Positions 32,430-42,811 of a DNA stretch of 64,000 nucleotides are shown here, piece by piece. The translations under genes and the position numbers were made by a program. The stretch covers positions 1-64,000 of the forward strand of contig JAEYPN010000012.1 of NCBI GenBank assembly GCA_023410715.1, given 5' to 3'. The notes under the pieces are model-generated. The model was given only the letters and a program-made list of their open reading frames with translations. It made no database searches and was not told where the DNA came from. This DNA is from Bacillota bacterium (GTDB lineage: Bacteria > Bacillota_I > Bacilli_A > Izemoplasmatales > UBA1188). The number at the start of each line of letters is the position of its first letter. Within the stretch, counting starts at the first letter, position 1.

Positions 32430-33286
32430 TCTTCCAAACTCTTTAATTCATTAAAGTTTTCAATATAATTATCTTCAATTGCCTTTTGTGAGAACTTAAT
32501 TTCTGAATTTGAGTATTCTTTAACTTCACCACTTTGTAATTGAACTTTAACTTTTTTTGTTAATAAATTAGATGAAACTACTTTACCAGTTCCATCTTTT
32601 GTGAAAACCTGAGAATTATCCTTTGGCATTTCTTTACGAGATTCTTTATAATAATCATCTTCATATTTAATACAACATAAAAGCTTATCACAAAGTCCAG
32701 AAATATTAACTGGATTCAATGATAAATTTTGATTTTTTGCCATCTTAATTGAAACAGTTTCAAAATCACCTAAAAATGTTTTACAACAAAGTAATAATCC
32801 ACATGGTCCAATACCTCCAAAGTATTTAGCACCATCACGTGTACCTACCTGTCTTAATTCAATTCTAACTTTAAATATCGCGGCTAAATCTTTAACGAGT
32901 TCACGGAAGTCAACTCGTCCATCAGCATTATAATAACACACAAGTTTAGCTCTATCTAGCGTATATTCACACCCAAGAAGCTTCATTTGTAAGCCATTCT
33001 TCTCTATTGCTTTTTGGCATTTTTCCACGATTTGGGCTTGTTCTTTCATGTTACGGTCATGATTTGTAATATCTTCTTTTGTTGCAAGCCTTAAAATTGG
33101 TTTTAATGAACCAATTACTTCCTCATTAGGAATTTCTTTACATTTTTCAACAACTTCGCCCATTTCATAACCACGAATTGTTTCTACAACAACTTTATCT
33201 TTTTCATTTAAGGTATAGTCTAGCGGATCGAAATAATATTTTTTTCCTCCTCTTTTAAATCTAATACCTACTACTTTTAAACTCAT
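32426..33286 (-). CDS. ricT: PSP1 domain protein RicT/YaaT
   Basis: It has a PSP1 C-terminal domain with a Cys cluster (CGLLLCC...CDKLLCC) and sits downstream of holB. Confidence 0.85.
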   Translation of the reverse strand: MSLKVVGIRFKRGGKKYYFDPLDYTLNEKDKVVVETIRGYEMGEVVEKCKEIPNEEVIGSLKPILRLATKEDITNHDRNMKEQAQIVEKCQKAIEKNGLQMKLLGCEYTLDRAKLVCYYNADGRVDFRELVKDLAAIFKVRIELRQVGTRDGAKYFGGIGPCGLLLCCKTFLGDFETVSIKMAKNQNLSLNPVNISGLCDKLLCCIKYEDDYYKESRKEMPKDNSQVFTKDGTGKVVSSNLLTKKVKVQLQSGEVKEYSNSEIKFSQKAIEDNYIENFNELKSLEE

Positions 33287-34263
33287 CTAGTACTCCTTCC
33301 TAGATTATAAAGCAAATCATCTAAAATCAATTTATCATTTATATTGAATTTTAATTTTGCCTTTAAATCTAAAATTTTTTCAAGGAACATAATGATTTGT
33401 TCCTTACTTAAAATATTACATAATTGTTTAATTCTCTTACTTTCACTTTTAAAAACAAAGTCTTCGTTTTTATAAGAGATATAACGTAGTAAATCTTTAA
33501 AATACATAATTATAAGTGATAAAAAAAATTCTTTTTTATCCTTATCTTTATATAATAGCTCACCGTGTTCATTTAAATAAATAACTAGTGAATCACCTTT
33601 TTCAAATTCTACATTAAAAATCTCGGTTACAAGTGATATGATTTTAAACATATCATCGTCATCAGCTATTTTAATCATTTCAGTTATATTGTTTGTATAT
33701 TCTGGTAAAACATTTACTAAAATATCATCAAACCCTTTTAAAACTAATTCCTGACGAAGTATTTCTTTATTTAATGGCTGAAAATTTATAATCTGTGATC
33801 TTGATATTATCGTCTTTAACATTAGATTTAGATTTTCAGTAATTAGTATCGCATAAGAAACTTGATCAGGTTCTTCTAGCACCTTAAGGAGGCTATTGGC
33901 TGAGGATGCATTCATTTTATCTGCTTGATTAATAATATAAACTTTAGGGCCTGGTTCTAAAGAACTCATGGCAAATTCTTCCATAAGTGATGTAATTTGT
34001 TCTTTCTTGATTACTCCATTAACTGGTTCAATAAAGTATATATTCGGATGAACAAAAGTATCTATTCTTTTGCATGAATCACATTTTCCGCAAGGTTCAT
34101 CTTCTTTACAATATAACATCTTTGCAAAATAGTATGCAAAATCTAGCTTTTTTGTTCCTTTTTCACCAACAAATAAATATGCATGAGAAAGACGACCCTT
34201 TTTAAAAGAGTTAACTAAGATATTCATAACAATCGGTTGACTCTTTTTTAAATCATCATACAT
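33283..34263 (-). CDS. holB: DNA polymerase III subunit delta'
   Basis: It has an AAA+ clamp-loader fold with a degenerate Walker A (HAYLFVGEKGTKK) and a Zn module (CGKCDSCKR). It follows tmk. Confidence 0.85.
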   Translation of the reverse strand: MYDDLKKSQPIVMNILVNSFKKGRLSHAYLFVGEKGTKKLDFAYYFAKMLYCKEDEPCGKCDSCKRIDTFVHPNIYFIEPVNGVIKKEQITSLMEEFAMSSLEPGPKVYIINQADKMNASSANSLLKVLEEPDQVSYAILITENLNLMLKTIISRSQIINFQPLNKEILRQELVLKGFDDILVNVLPEYTNNITEMIKIADDDDMFKIISLVTEIFNVEFEKGDSLVIYLNEHGELLYKDKDKKEFFLSLIIMYFKDLLRYISYKNEDFVFKSESKRIKQLCNILSKEQIIMFLEKILDLKAKLKFNINDKLILDDLLYNLGRSTR

Positions 34264-34886
34264 TATAAGACCTCTTCAATAACCTTTATTGTATCCTTAA
34301 CAACTTCTTCAAGTGGTTTAGTTCCATCAATGTTTCTAAATCTTTCAGGATATTTTTCAAGCAATAATAAATAACCTTCATAAATCATGTTGTGAAATTC
34401 CAATTTTTCTAAATCTAAACGATTTACATCACGATTAGTTGCCGAAAAAACTCGTTCTAGTCCAACTTTTGGTGGAACATTAATAAAAATCGTAATAATT
34501 GGTAAAAATCCTTCAGTTGCCAATTGATTAAGCTCATATACTCGTTCTAAGCCTATTTTCCTAGCTATTCCTTGATACACAAGTGATGAGTCAAGATATC
34601 TATCACATAGTACTATTTTTCCCATCGCTACAGCAGGAAATATTTTTTCAGCTAAGTGTTGTCTTCTACTTGCCGCAAAAAGTAAAGCTTCTGTAATTGG
34701 ATCCATTTCAACATTTTCTTTATCGAGGATAACATTTCTTATTTGTTCAGAAATTTTTATTCCGCCTGGTTCTCTAGTTACTAGAACATCATAATTCTTT
34801 TCCTTTAAATATTTTTCGACAGCCTTGATTACCGAAGTCTTTCCGCTTCCTTCTGTCCCTTCAAAAGTAATAAATACACCTGTCAT
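34263..34886 (-). CDS. tmk: Thymidylate kinase
   Basis: It has the P-loop FITFEGTEGSGKT, the DRY motif (LCDRYLDSSLVYQG) and a lid region. Start trimmed to the ATG after the GGAG RBS. Confidence 0.9.
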   Translation of the reverse strand: MTGVFITFEGTEGSGKTSVIKAVEKYLKEKNYDVLVTREPGGIKISEQIRNVILDKENVEMDPITEALLFAASRRQHLAEKIFPAVAMGKIVLCDRYLDSSLVYQGIARKIGLERVYELNQLATEGFLPIITIFINVPPKVGLERVFSATNRDVNRLDLEKLEFHNMIYEGYLLLLEKYPERFRNIDGTKPLEEVVKDTIKVIEEVL

Positions 34887-35013
34887 AAACATCATCTCCA
34901 ATAAATACTTTATACCATCAAATATTATCTCACAAAATTCGTTTTTTTTAAATAACAATTTAAAATAAATTGCTTCTATGATATAATGTTAAAGAAATAA
35001 AGAAGGTGAAAGA

Positions 35014-35688
35014 ATGAATTTAACAGTAAAGAATTTAAATTTTACATATGATTATCGTCCAATTCTTAAAGATATTAGTTTTTCTTTAGAAAAAGGTGAC
35101 TTCTTAATGATCATCGGTAATAATGGCGCTGGTAAATCCACTCTTATTAAATGCTTATTAAAAATTAATAAACCGCCTCTTAATTCGATTTTCTACGATG
35201 ATGAAGATGCTTTATTTCACAGACATTGGGATAAAATCGGTTATGTTCCCCAACGTTTTGAAAATTTTAATTATGAATTTCCAATTACAGTTAATGAATT
35301 ATTAACCTCTTCACAATTCAAGAAAAATGCTGAAAAACGAAAATTAGAGTTATTAGATGAATTAGGAATATTAGATTTAATTAATGAAAATATTAATACT
35401 TTATCGGGTGGACAACTTCAAAGAGTATTTATTGTAAGAGCACTTTTGAATGAACCAGAAATTATTATTCTTGATGAACCTACAGCTTCAATTGATAAAG
35501 TAAGTTGTGATTTCTTTTATCAAACAATAAATAGATTAAATCAAAAAAAAGTAACCATCATTATGATTACTCATGATTTTTCCTTAACTAAAGTTAATTA
35601 TACTCATGTTTTAGAATTATCCTCAATTAAAGATTTTAATTTCTTTACCAAGGATGAATATCTAAACTCTTTAAAGGAGGCTAAATAA
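35014..35688 (+). CDS. Metal (Zn/Mn-type) ABC transporter ATP-binding protein, ZnuC-like
   Basis: It has Walker A GNNGAGKST, the signature LSGGQLQRV and Walker B ILDEPT. It is paired with an ABC-3 family permease. Confidence 0.8.
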   Translation: MNLTVKNLNFTYDYRPILKDISFSLEKGDFLMIIGNNGAGKSTLIKCLLKINKPPLNSIFYDDEDALFHRHWDKIGYVPQRFENFNYEFPITVNELLTSSQFKKNAEKRKLELLDELGILDLINENINTLSGGQLQRVFIVRALLNEPEIIILDEPTASIDKVSCDFFYQTINRLNQKKVTIIMITHDFSLTKVNYTHVLELSSIKDFNFFTKDEYLNSLKEAK

Positions 35689-35689
35689 T

Positions 35690-36568
35690 ATGTCATTTAT
35701 TGAAGCCTTATTATCCCAAGCCTTTTTACAAAGGGCATTTCTTACGGGGTTACTTATTGGTATTTTAGCACCGCTTTTAGGATCACTTGTTGTGGTAAGA
35801 AGATTATCATATATAGCTGATACTTTATCACACGTATCACTTGCTGGTATATCTACTGGCTTATATTTAATCTCTTCATTAGGATTTGTCTTCTTAGGTT
35901 CACCAATGTATCTAGGAATCGGTTTTGCTATCATTGGGGGCTTATTTATTGAGCTTTTAAGAAACTATTATGATAACTTTAAAGAAATATCCATGCCCAT
36001 AGTAATGAGTGTTGGAACGGCATTAAGCCTCTTATTCATCTCGTTATCTGGTGGAGCAAATTCAAGCATTTATAATTATTTATTTGGTAGTATTTTGACA
36101 GTTAAACCAGGATTTTTGATTCTAATTATTTGTACAACAGCTATTACTTTAACATTATTCTTTGTGTTTAAAAAATATATTATTACCTTATGTTTTGATG
36201 AATCATTTGGCAAGATGCAAGGCTTAAATGTCCGCTTATTCCAAATAATCTTTACCATTATACTATCAATTGTAATTTCTGTATCAGTTGAGGTTGTAGG
36301 CGTCTTACTTGTATCTTCAATGATGATTATTCCTGTTGCTTCTGCAATGAAGATTGGATGGAGTTTTAAATCAACAGTAATAATTGCCATCATCTTCTCA
36401 GAGATTTCAATTATCTTTGGATTTTGGCTATCTTTCGCCTTTAACATTCCCGCAGGTGCAACGATTGTCTTACTATGTGTTGCTATCTTTATTGGTTCAA
36501 TACTATACAAAAAATGGTATGACAAGATACAAGTTAATAAACTTAAAAAGAGTATTGAAGAAAAGTAA
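35690..36568 (+). CDS. Metal ABC transporter permease of the ABC-3/ZnuB family
   Basis: 292 aa with about 8 TM helices, typical of ZnuB/MntB/TroCD permeases. The start is 2 nt after the ATPase stop. Confidence 0.8.
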   Translation: MSFIEALLSQAFLQRAFLTGLLIGILAPLLGSLVVVRRLSYIADTLSHVSLAGISTGLYLISSLGFVFLGSPMYLGIGFAIIGGLFIELLRNYYDNFKEISMPIVMSVGTALSLLFISLSGGANSSIYNYLFGSILTVKPGFLILIICTTAITLTLFFVFKKYIITLCFDESFGKMQGLNVRLFQIIFTIILSIVISVSVEVVGVLLVSSMMIIPVASAMKIGWSFKSTVIIAIIFSEISIIFGFWLSFAFNIPAGATIVLLCVAIFIGSILYKKWYDKIQVNKLKKSIEEK

Positions 36569-36600
36569 AACCGTAAGCTTAAAACTTACGGTTTTTATTT
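36568..36600 (+). terminator. Bidirectional rho-independent terminator
   Basis: A 10-bp stem (AAACCGTAAG/CTTACGGTTT) followed by a T-run. Confidence 0.75.
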
Positions 36601-36601
36601 A

Positions 36602-37249
36602 TTATTTTAGTTCTTTTGTCACATCATTATAAACTAAGCTATAATAACTACCCTCATATTCAAGTATAAATGTTAATAATTTGTTAGGTATAAATTCATT
36701 AACAAAAGGATCATTTGAATTATTATATAATGTAAGTATTGATAAATCATCCTTATCAACATTTAATTCAAATCTATCCTTAAATGTTTCTATTACAGTT
36801 GAAAAGGTAAATGATAAGTTACTTTTAATTTTTATATAACTACTTAAGATCTCACATTTAGGGTCATTAGGATCATATCTGTGTGTTGGATATAGCCAGA
36901 TATAATCATATCCACCAGTATTAGTTAGAACCAAATAGTATTCAGGATAATTAGTTTCTTTTACAAAATCTTTTAGAACTTGATTATAAAAACTAAAATT
37001 AATTAAATCACTTTCTGTTACAAGCAAGTAGGTTAAAAGAAAGTCATTATCATTAGTTACAAAATTTTTCTCATTAATTTTAATAAAGTCTGTTCTTTTT
37101 ATAGTAGTACTTTTCTTTAAATCTGTTGTTTTAATAGTTGATGATTGATTTAAAGTTCCTTTTTTCATTGTTGTAGAGACAGAAGTTGTTTTGTTACAAG
37201 CTGCAAATAAAAAAATACAAAATAAAAACATTAGACATACTTTTTTCAT
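36602..37249 (-). CDS. Hypothetical lipoprotein
   Basis: It has a signal peptide with the lipobox FAAC. Start re-assigned to MKKVCLMF after a G-rich RBS. No recognisable domain was found. Confidence 0.55.
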   Translation of the reverse strand: MKKVCLMFLFCIFLFAACNKTTSVSTTMKKGTLNQSSTIKTTDLKKSTTIKRTDFIKINEKNFVTNDNDFLLTYLLVTESDLINFSFYNQVLKDFVKETNYPEYYLVLTNTGGYDYIWLYPTHRYDPNDPKCEILSSYIKIKSNLSFTFSTVIETFKDRFELNVDKDDLSILTLYNNSNDPFVNEFIPNKLLTFILEYEGSYYSLVYNDVTKELK

Positions 37250-37373
37250 ATTCCCCCCCAATATTTATAAATATTTTTATTATTTATTAACCTCATTATA
37301 TCATAAATCTTTTATAAATGTTTTAGATTTTTTGTTTTTTAATCTTAAATTTTTATTATAAAAAATATTTTAT

Positions 37374-37403
37374 AAATAAAAAAAGAAGCTTTTTTTGCTT
37401 CTT
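37374..37403 (-). terminator. Rho-independent terminator of truA
   Basis: On the minus strand, a 7-bp stem (AAGAAGC/GCTTCTT) with a 7-nt loop is followed by a U-tract. Confidence 0.7.
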
Positions 37404-38403
37404 AATAATAGATATTGGCTAAATATAGACCTTCTGCCAAAGCAATTCTTTTGGTCAAGTTTTTATCTTTTCTCTTAATAATTTCATCAATTGTCATATT
37501 TTGTCGATTATTAGCAATATCAAGTAATGCCCCAATCATTAACCTTATCATATTGTGTAAAAAACCATCGCCAACAATTGTTATTTCAATCTCTTTTTCA
37601 TTTCTTTTAATATCAAAATTATAGATTGTTCTTACTGTATCTTCTTTTTCTCCTTTAGAGAAACTATAAAAATCATGTTCACCTATAAATGATTTACTTT
37701 CCTTAACAAACAAATCAAAATCATTGATATTAGTATAATTTACAAAATTAACTCTAAAAGGATCAATCTCATCTAATGATAAAAAATATTTATATTCTTT
37801 TTTTATTACATCAAATCGCGAATGGAAAAGCGGGGAAACATTATAAGCCATTAAAACACGAATATCTTTAGGCAAAAAGTAATTTAATAAACTGACCCAT
37901 TTTTCACAAGGTAAATCAATATTTACGTCAAAATGTACAACCTGTTTTATTGCATGAACCTTAGCATCCGTTCTAGATGCACCTGTAACTTTGATTTCTG
38001 ATTTAGTTATTTTAAATAGCGCTCTTTCTAAAGCATCTTGAATTGATGGCTTTAAACTTTGCTTTTGAAAACCATAATAGTTACTACCATTATAGGCAAT
38101 ATCAAGTCTTATTCTTTTATATTCTGATTCAAGTGTTGTCACAATTTTATTAATTTTTTCTTTCATTGTAACCTTTTGAACATATTTAACTTTATCAATT
38201 AATAAATAAATTATTAGGTGACTATCCTCTTTTAAAGCACTTAATATTGTAATTTCTTTTTTAAATAAATTTTGAAAATAAACTTTGGCATTATCGATAT
38301 CAAGCAATAACTCATCATTATCTTTAATACCAATGCTGTCTACAAATAAGTCTATAATTTTTAAATCTTTTTTAGCAAGCAAATCTAAATATTCATTAAA
38401 CAA
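37402..38403 (-). CDS. truA: tRNA pseudouridine(38-40) synthase TruA; start ambiguous, possibly with an N-terminal extension
   Basis: The TruA core begins around KRIRLDIAYNGSNYYGFQKQ and includes the catalytic Asp context (GASRTDAKVHA). The long ORF adds 79 aa upstream and overlaps the ecfT stop by 8 nt. An alternative start is the ATG at 38166. Confidence 0.85.
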   Translation of the reverse strand: MFNEYLDLLAKKDLKIIDLFVDSIGIKDNDELLLDIDNAKVYFQNLFKKEITILSALKEDSHLIIYLLIDKVKYVQKVTMKEKINKIVTTLESEYKRIRLDIAYNGSNYYGFQKQSLKPSIQDALERALFKITKSEIKVTGASRTDAKVHAIKQVVHFDVNIDLPCEKWVSLLNYFLPKDIRVLMAYNVSPLFHSRFDVIKKEYKYFLSLDEIDPFRVNFVNYTNINDFDLFVKESKSFIGEHDFYSFSKGEKEDTVRTIYNFDIKRNEKEIEITIVGDGFLHNMIRLMIGALLDIANNRQNMTIDEIIKRKDKNLTKRIALAEGLYLANIYY

Positions 38404-39358
38404 CTTTAAGCACCACCGTTATCGAAAGAATTACAAATACTATAATCATCGCAAAGGTATCAAATGCTCTCCATTTTAACTCATGAAGTTTCGTTCTAGT
38501 TTTACCTGGAACAAAATTTCTAGCATCCATCGCACTTGCAAGATTATCGCTTCTAATAATTGCAATAATAAACATTGGTACTAAAAGAGAGACAATTTGC
38601 ATGATTTTATCTTTTAGCTTACCTTCTTTAAAGTCGGAACCACGGCTTGCTTGAGCCATCATTATTTTATTTGCTTCATCAAAGATAGTTGGTATATATC
38701 TTAAACTAATTGAAATAATTAAAGCATAATTTTCAGGTTCAAGTTTAATTTTTTTAAGTGGCATTAATAATTTTTCAATACCTAAGTTTAAATCATTGGG
38801 TTTTGTTGTGAGGGTTAAAATTGTTGATAACATTACAATGATTATCAGTCTTACAATAACAAAGACACTATCAAATACAGCTCTACTATATAGTGTAAAG
38901 TTACCATTAAATAATTCATAACCATAATTTATATATCTAGTTATAAAATAGATACCTAGTAAATAAGCAATTGTTCCTAAAAGCTTAAATGGTAATCTTT
39001 TTCTTAAAAAGAGCCAAATAACTGTTAAACACAAAATTGCAAGTAATGAGTAAATGGTAAAGTAATGAGTTGATTCTACCAATACATCACCTGATTTATT
39101 AAATAAGATTTGGAAAATTACAGTAAATAGCAAAAATATCATAATAGGTTTTAAACCTTTAAGAACTTTTACTAAGTTAATTTTCCCAATAATTAATACG
39201 GCTAAAATAATTCCAAGAGCAATTCCAATCTCAAGTAAAGATTTAAGAAGAAACACTGCAATCATTAAAATGATAACAGATAAGATTTTTACACGGGGAT
39301 CTAATTTATAGAGAAATGATTTACCAGGGACATATTGTCCTAATACTACACTATTCAT
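38396..39358 (-). CDS. ecfT: Energy-coupling factor transporter transmembrane protein EcfT
   Basis: The N-terminus (LGQYVPGKSFLYKLDPRVK) is typical of EcfT/CbiQ. It has multiple TM helices and follows ecfA1-ecfA2. Confidence 0.88.
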   Translation of the reverse strand: MNSVVLGQYVPGKSFLYKLDPRVKILSVIILMIAVFLLKSLLEIGIALGIILAVLIIGKINLVKVLKGLKPIMIFLLFTVIFQILFNKSGDVLVESTHYFTIYSLLAILCLTVIWLFLRKRLPFKLLGTIAYLLGIYFITRYINYGYELFNGNFTLYSRAVFDSVFVIVRLIIIVMLSTILTLTTKPNDLNLGIEKLLMPLKKIKLEPENYALIISISLRYIPTIFDEANKIMMAQASRGSDFKEGKLKDKIMQIVSLLVPMFIIAIIRSDNLASAMDARNFVPGKTRTKLHELKWRAFDTFAMIIVFVILSITVVLKVV

Positions 39359-40205
39359 TTTCTTTCCTCAAAAGTTCATTTATAACATCTTTCTCATCTT
39401 TTGGATAAGATAAAAGACCTAAGTCAAACTTTTTATTTAGATCATTATAGATTTTTAATGAACTAGGCATTGATAGATCAAAATCATTTAAATTATTTTT
39501 CATAAATAGATCTTGTGGTTTCCCATCGTAAATAATTTTTCCTTTTTTCATCACAATAACACGTTTAGCGTATTTATTTACTAAATTCATATCATGAGAA
39601 ATAATAACAATTGATTTATGTTCCTCTTCATTAATTTTCTTAAACAACTCCATTAGTTCATTTCTTCCTTTTGGATCTAGTCCGCTTGTAGGTTCATCAA
39701 GAACTAAAACTTCTGGATTCATTACTAAAATTCCTGCAAGAGATACCCGCTTTTTTTCTCCACCGGAAATTAGAAATGGACTACGATTTAGATAACTATT
39801 GTCTAGTCCAACCTGATTAATTTTCTCTTTAACAATTTTTTCTACTTCTTCTTTACTTAATTTATCGTTTCGTAAGGCAAAGCTTACATCTTTTTCTATA
39901 GATTCATCAAATAGCTGATATTCAGGAAACTGAAATACCAGACCAACTTTTTTTCTAATTTCATTATATTTTATCTTTTTATCACGTTTATTTATAATGA
40001 TATTGCCAAATATATTTACTTCACCAAATGAAGGATGATATAAGGCATTCATATGATATGATAAAGTTGATTTACCACTTCCGGTATGACCAACTAAAAA
40101 AATAAATTCATCATTTTTTTTAATTTCAAGATTAATATTATCAAGCGCTAGATTTAAAGATTTTTTTATATATGTATAACCTACTTTTTCAAAGATAATT
40201 CCCAT
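39351..40205 (-). CDS. ecfA2: ECF transporter ATP-binding protein EcfA2
   Basis: It has Walker A GHTGSGKST, the signature ISGGEKKRV and Walker B LVLDEPTSGLD. It is the second of two tandem ECF ATPases. Confidence 0.88.
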   Translation of the reverse strand: MGIIFEKVGYTYIKKSLNLALDNINLEIKKNDEFIFLVGHTGSGKSTLSYHMNALYHPSFGEVNIFGNIIINKRDKKIKYNEIRKKVGLVFQFPEYQLFDESIEKDVSFALRNDKLSKEEVEKIVKEKINQVGLDNSYLNRSPFLISGGEKKRVSLAGILVMNPEVLVLDEPTSGLDPKGRNELMELFKKINEEEHKSIVIISHDMNLVNKYAKRVIVMKKGKIIYDGKPQDLFMKNNLNDFDLSMPSSLKIYNDLNKKFDLGLLSYPKDEKDVINELLRKENE

Positions 40206-40990
40206 AAATAAGACAAGACCTCCTTATTCTGATAATTATTCTTTAAAAGTCCATAATAGATTTTTAAAGTAGTTGGCAATTCTAAATTAGCCATTAATAA
40301 TAATTCCTCATTTTTAATGATTTCTTCCTTTTTATCAAAGGCGATAACTTGTCCGTTCTTTAAAACCAAAAGTTTATCCGCAAATAAGGCTTCATCCATA
40401 TCATGAGTAATGGTGATAATTGTTAAACCATCATCATTTAATTTCTTAAGTAGAGCTAATATCTCATTTCTTCCTTCAGGATCAAGCATTGATGTAGCTT
40501 CATCAAAAATAATGATGTTAGTTGACATCGCCAAAATTCCTGCAATCGCTACACGTTGTTTTTGACCGCCAGAAAGATTCATTGGTTCAGTATAGCGATA
40601 TTCACTCATATTTACTTTTTCCAAAAAGTAATCAATTCTTTCTACCATCTCTTTTTGCTCAACCATTAAATTTTCCATACCAAAGGCTATGTCATCCTCA
40701 ACGTTTGTTCCAACAAATTGGTTATCAGGATTTTGAAAAACAATTCCGATTTTTTTTCTTATTTCATAAAGATTATTCTGATTAAGGTTCAGACCATCAA
40801 TAATGATTTCACCACTTTTTGATTCTAACAATCCAACAAGTAGTCGAGCTAATGTAGACTTCCCTGAACCATTATGGCCAATAATAGAAATCCATTCACC
40901 TTTTTGAACGTCAAAAGAGACGTTTTTTATCACGTCATTTTCTTCTTTGTAAGCAAAAGTAAGATTATTAACATGAATAAACGACATCAT
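40181..40990 (-). CDS. ecfA1: ECF transporter ATP-binding protein EcfA1
   Basis: It has Walker A GHNGSGKST, the signature LSGGQKQRV and Walker B IIFDEATSMLD. Confidence 0.88.
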   Translation of the reverse strand: MMSFIHVNNLTFAYKEENDVIKNVSFDVQKGEWISIIGHNGSGKSTLARLLVGLLESKSGEIIIDGLNLNQNNLYEIRKKIGIVFQNPDNQFVGTNVEDDIAFGMENLMVEQKEMVERIDYFLEKVNMSEYRYTEPMNLSGGQKQRVAIAGILAMSTNIIIFDEATSMLDPEGRNEILALLKKLNDDGLTIITITHDMDEALFADKLLVLKNGQVIAFDKKEEIIKNEELLLMANLELPTTLKIYYGLLKNNYQNKEVLSYLWELSLKK

Positions 40991-41013
40991 AACACCTCAC
41001 CTTTATAGTATTT

Positions 41014-41047
41014 ACGAAAAGAAGTCTTGAAATCAAGACTTCTTTTT
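41014..41047 (-). terminator. Hairpin/terminator after rplQ
   Basis: A perfect 12-bp inverted repeat (AAGAAGTCTTGA/TCAAGACTTCTT) lies immediately downstream of the rplQ stop. Confidence 0.55.
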
Positions 41048-41059
41048 AGTTAATACTTG

Positions 41060-41419
41060 TTAAACTAGTTCAATAATTGCCATGTTAACGCCATCACCAC
41101 GACGGGCACCAATTTTATAGATTCTTGTGTATCCACCATTGCGGTCTTGATATTTAGGCGCAACTTCATCAAATAATTTTTGGATGGCATATTTATCATC
41201 AATTTGTAAGAAACGAAGTGTTTCAGCTGCTAATCTTCTTGAAGCTAAATCACCCTTCTTGCCTAGTGTAATTAGTTTTTCAACTACACGACGTAATTCT
41301 TTTGCTTTTGTTTCGGTAGTTTCAATTCTACCATGTAAGAAAAATTGGGTAGCTAAATCTCTCATTAGTGCTTTACGATTGTCACTTCTACGATTTAGTC
41401 TACTATATCCTCTAGCCAT
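41060..41419 (-). CDS. rplQ: 50S ribosomal protein L17
   Basis: 119 aa, following rpoA. Confidence 0.96.
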   Translation of the reverse strand: MARGYSRLNRRSDNRKALMRDLATQFFLHGRIETTETKAKELRRVVEKLITLGKKGDLASRRLAAETLRFLQIDDKYAIQKLFDEVAPKYQDRNGGYTRIYKIGARRGDGVNMAIIELV

Positions 41420-41439
41420 ATATTATTCTCCTTTCAAGA

Positions 41440-42387
41440 TTAATGTCTAGCTAAACTTAAGCCTAAATCTTCAAGTTTAACTTTTACTTCTTTTAAAGAT
41501 TTCTTACCTAAGTTACGAACTTTCATCATATCTTCTTCTGTTTTTTCTATTAATTCGCGTAAATTGTTAATTCCCGCTCTTTTTAAACAATTGTAACTTC
41601 TTACAGATAAATCTAATTCTTCGATTGGTTTATCTAAACTATGTGAATTTTCTTCATTTTTACGTTCAATCATATAGTCTTCATAGATAGCTTTTTTACT
41701 TAATTCAACTACACAATTTAAATGATCAATTAACATTTTGGCAGCTGTGCCTAATGCTTCTTGTGGAGAAATTGAGCCATTTGTTTCAACTTCAATCGTT
41801 AATTTATCGTAATTAGCATTGTCATCTACTCTTGTTTTATCAACATTGTAATTTACACGCACAACTGGCGTATAAATACTGTCAATTGGAATGATTCCAA
41901 CCATATTTGAATACATATGATTTTTTTCTGCACTTACATAACCATTGCCACGTCTAGCATGCATTACCATTCTGAAACGTCCCTTGTTTACAGTACAAAT
42001 GTGTTGTTCTGGATTAACAATAACAACTTCATCATCACCTTGAATATCGCCGGCAGTTACTTCACATGGGCCATCAACACAAATTTCTAATGTTTTTTCA
42101 ACAGAAGGATTATTTGATTCAATAACTAATATAACAGTTTTTAAATTAAGAATGATAGAAGTAACATCTTCAACTACTCCAGTAATTGGGGTGAATTCAT
42201 GTTCAACACCATCAATTTCTACATTAACAATGGCAGCACCAGGCAAAGAAGAAAGTAATATTCTTCTTAGTGAGTTACCAACTGTTAAACCTAATCCTCT
42301 TTCAAGTGGCGAGATGATAAATTTACCATATGTATCATTTATATCTTCGATTATTGTACGTGGTTTTTCAAACTTCAAATCCTTCAA
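41440..42387 (-). CDS. rpoA: DNA-directed RNA polymerase subunit alpha
   Basis: 315 aa with the N-terminal dimerisation domain and the alpha-CTD (SVRSYNCLKRAGI). Confidence 0.96.
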   Translation of the reverse strand: MKDLKFEKPRTIIEDINDTYGKFIISPLERGLGLTVGNSLRRILLSSLPGAAIVNVEIDGVEHEFTPITGVVEDVTSIILNLKTVILVIESNNPSVEKTLEICVDGPCEVTAGDIQGDDEVVIVNPEQHICTVNKGRFRMVMHARRGNGYVSAEKNHMYSNMVGIIPIDSIYTPVVRVNYNVDKTRVDDNANYDKLTIEVETNGSISPQEALGTAAKMLIDHLNCVVELSKKAIYEDYMIERKNEENSHSLDKPIEELDLSVRSYNCLKRAGINNLRELIEKTEEDMMKVRNLGKKSLKEVKVKLEDLGLSLARH

Positions 42388-42405
42388 AGTTAGTTCCCCC
42401 TTTTC

Positions 42406-42792
42406 CTAACCACGAGGCCGTTTTGGTGGACGACATCCGTTGTGTGGAATTGGTGTTACATCTTTGATTGCAGTAATTTCTAGACCAGCTACTTGTAAAG
42501 ATCTAATTGCAGCCTCTCTACCTGGGCCTGGACCTTTTACTGTTACTTCTACTTTTTGAAGTCCGTTATCCATTGCTGCTTTAGCACAAGCTTCTGATGC
42601 TAAACCGGCAGCAAATGGTGTTGATTTACGACTACCTTTATATCCTACTGCACCTGCACTACTCCATGCAATTGCGTTTCCGTTTGGATCAGTAATTGTA
42701 ATAACTGTATTATTAAAAGTCGAATGAATATGTGCTACACCAGAAGGAATATTCTTTTTCACACGACGTTTTTTAATTACTTTACGTGCCAT
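42406..42792 (-). CDS. rpsK: 30S ribosomal protein S11
   Basis: 128 aa with conserved S11 sequence. Confidence 0.96.
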   Translation of the reverse strand: MARKVIKKRRVKKNIPSGVAHIHSTFNNTVITITDPNGNAIAWSSAGAVGYKGSRKSTPFAAGLASEACAKAAMDNGLQKVEVTVKGPGPGREAAIRSLQVAGLEITAIKDVTPIPHNGCRPPKRPRG

Positions 42793-42811
42793 ACCTTGAT
42801 TTCCTCCTTAA

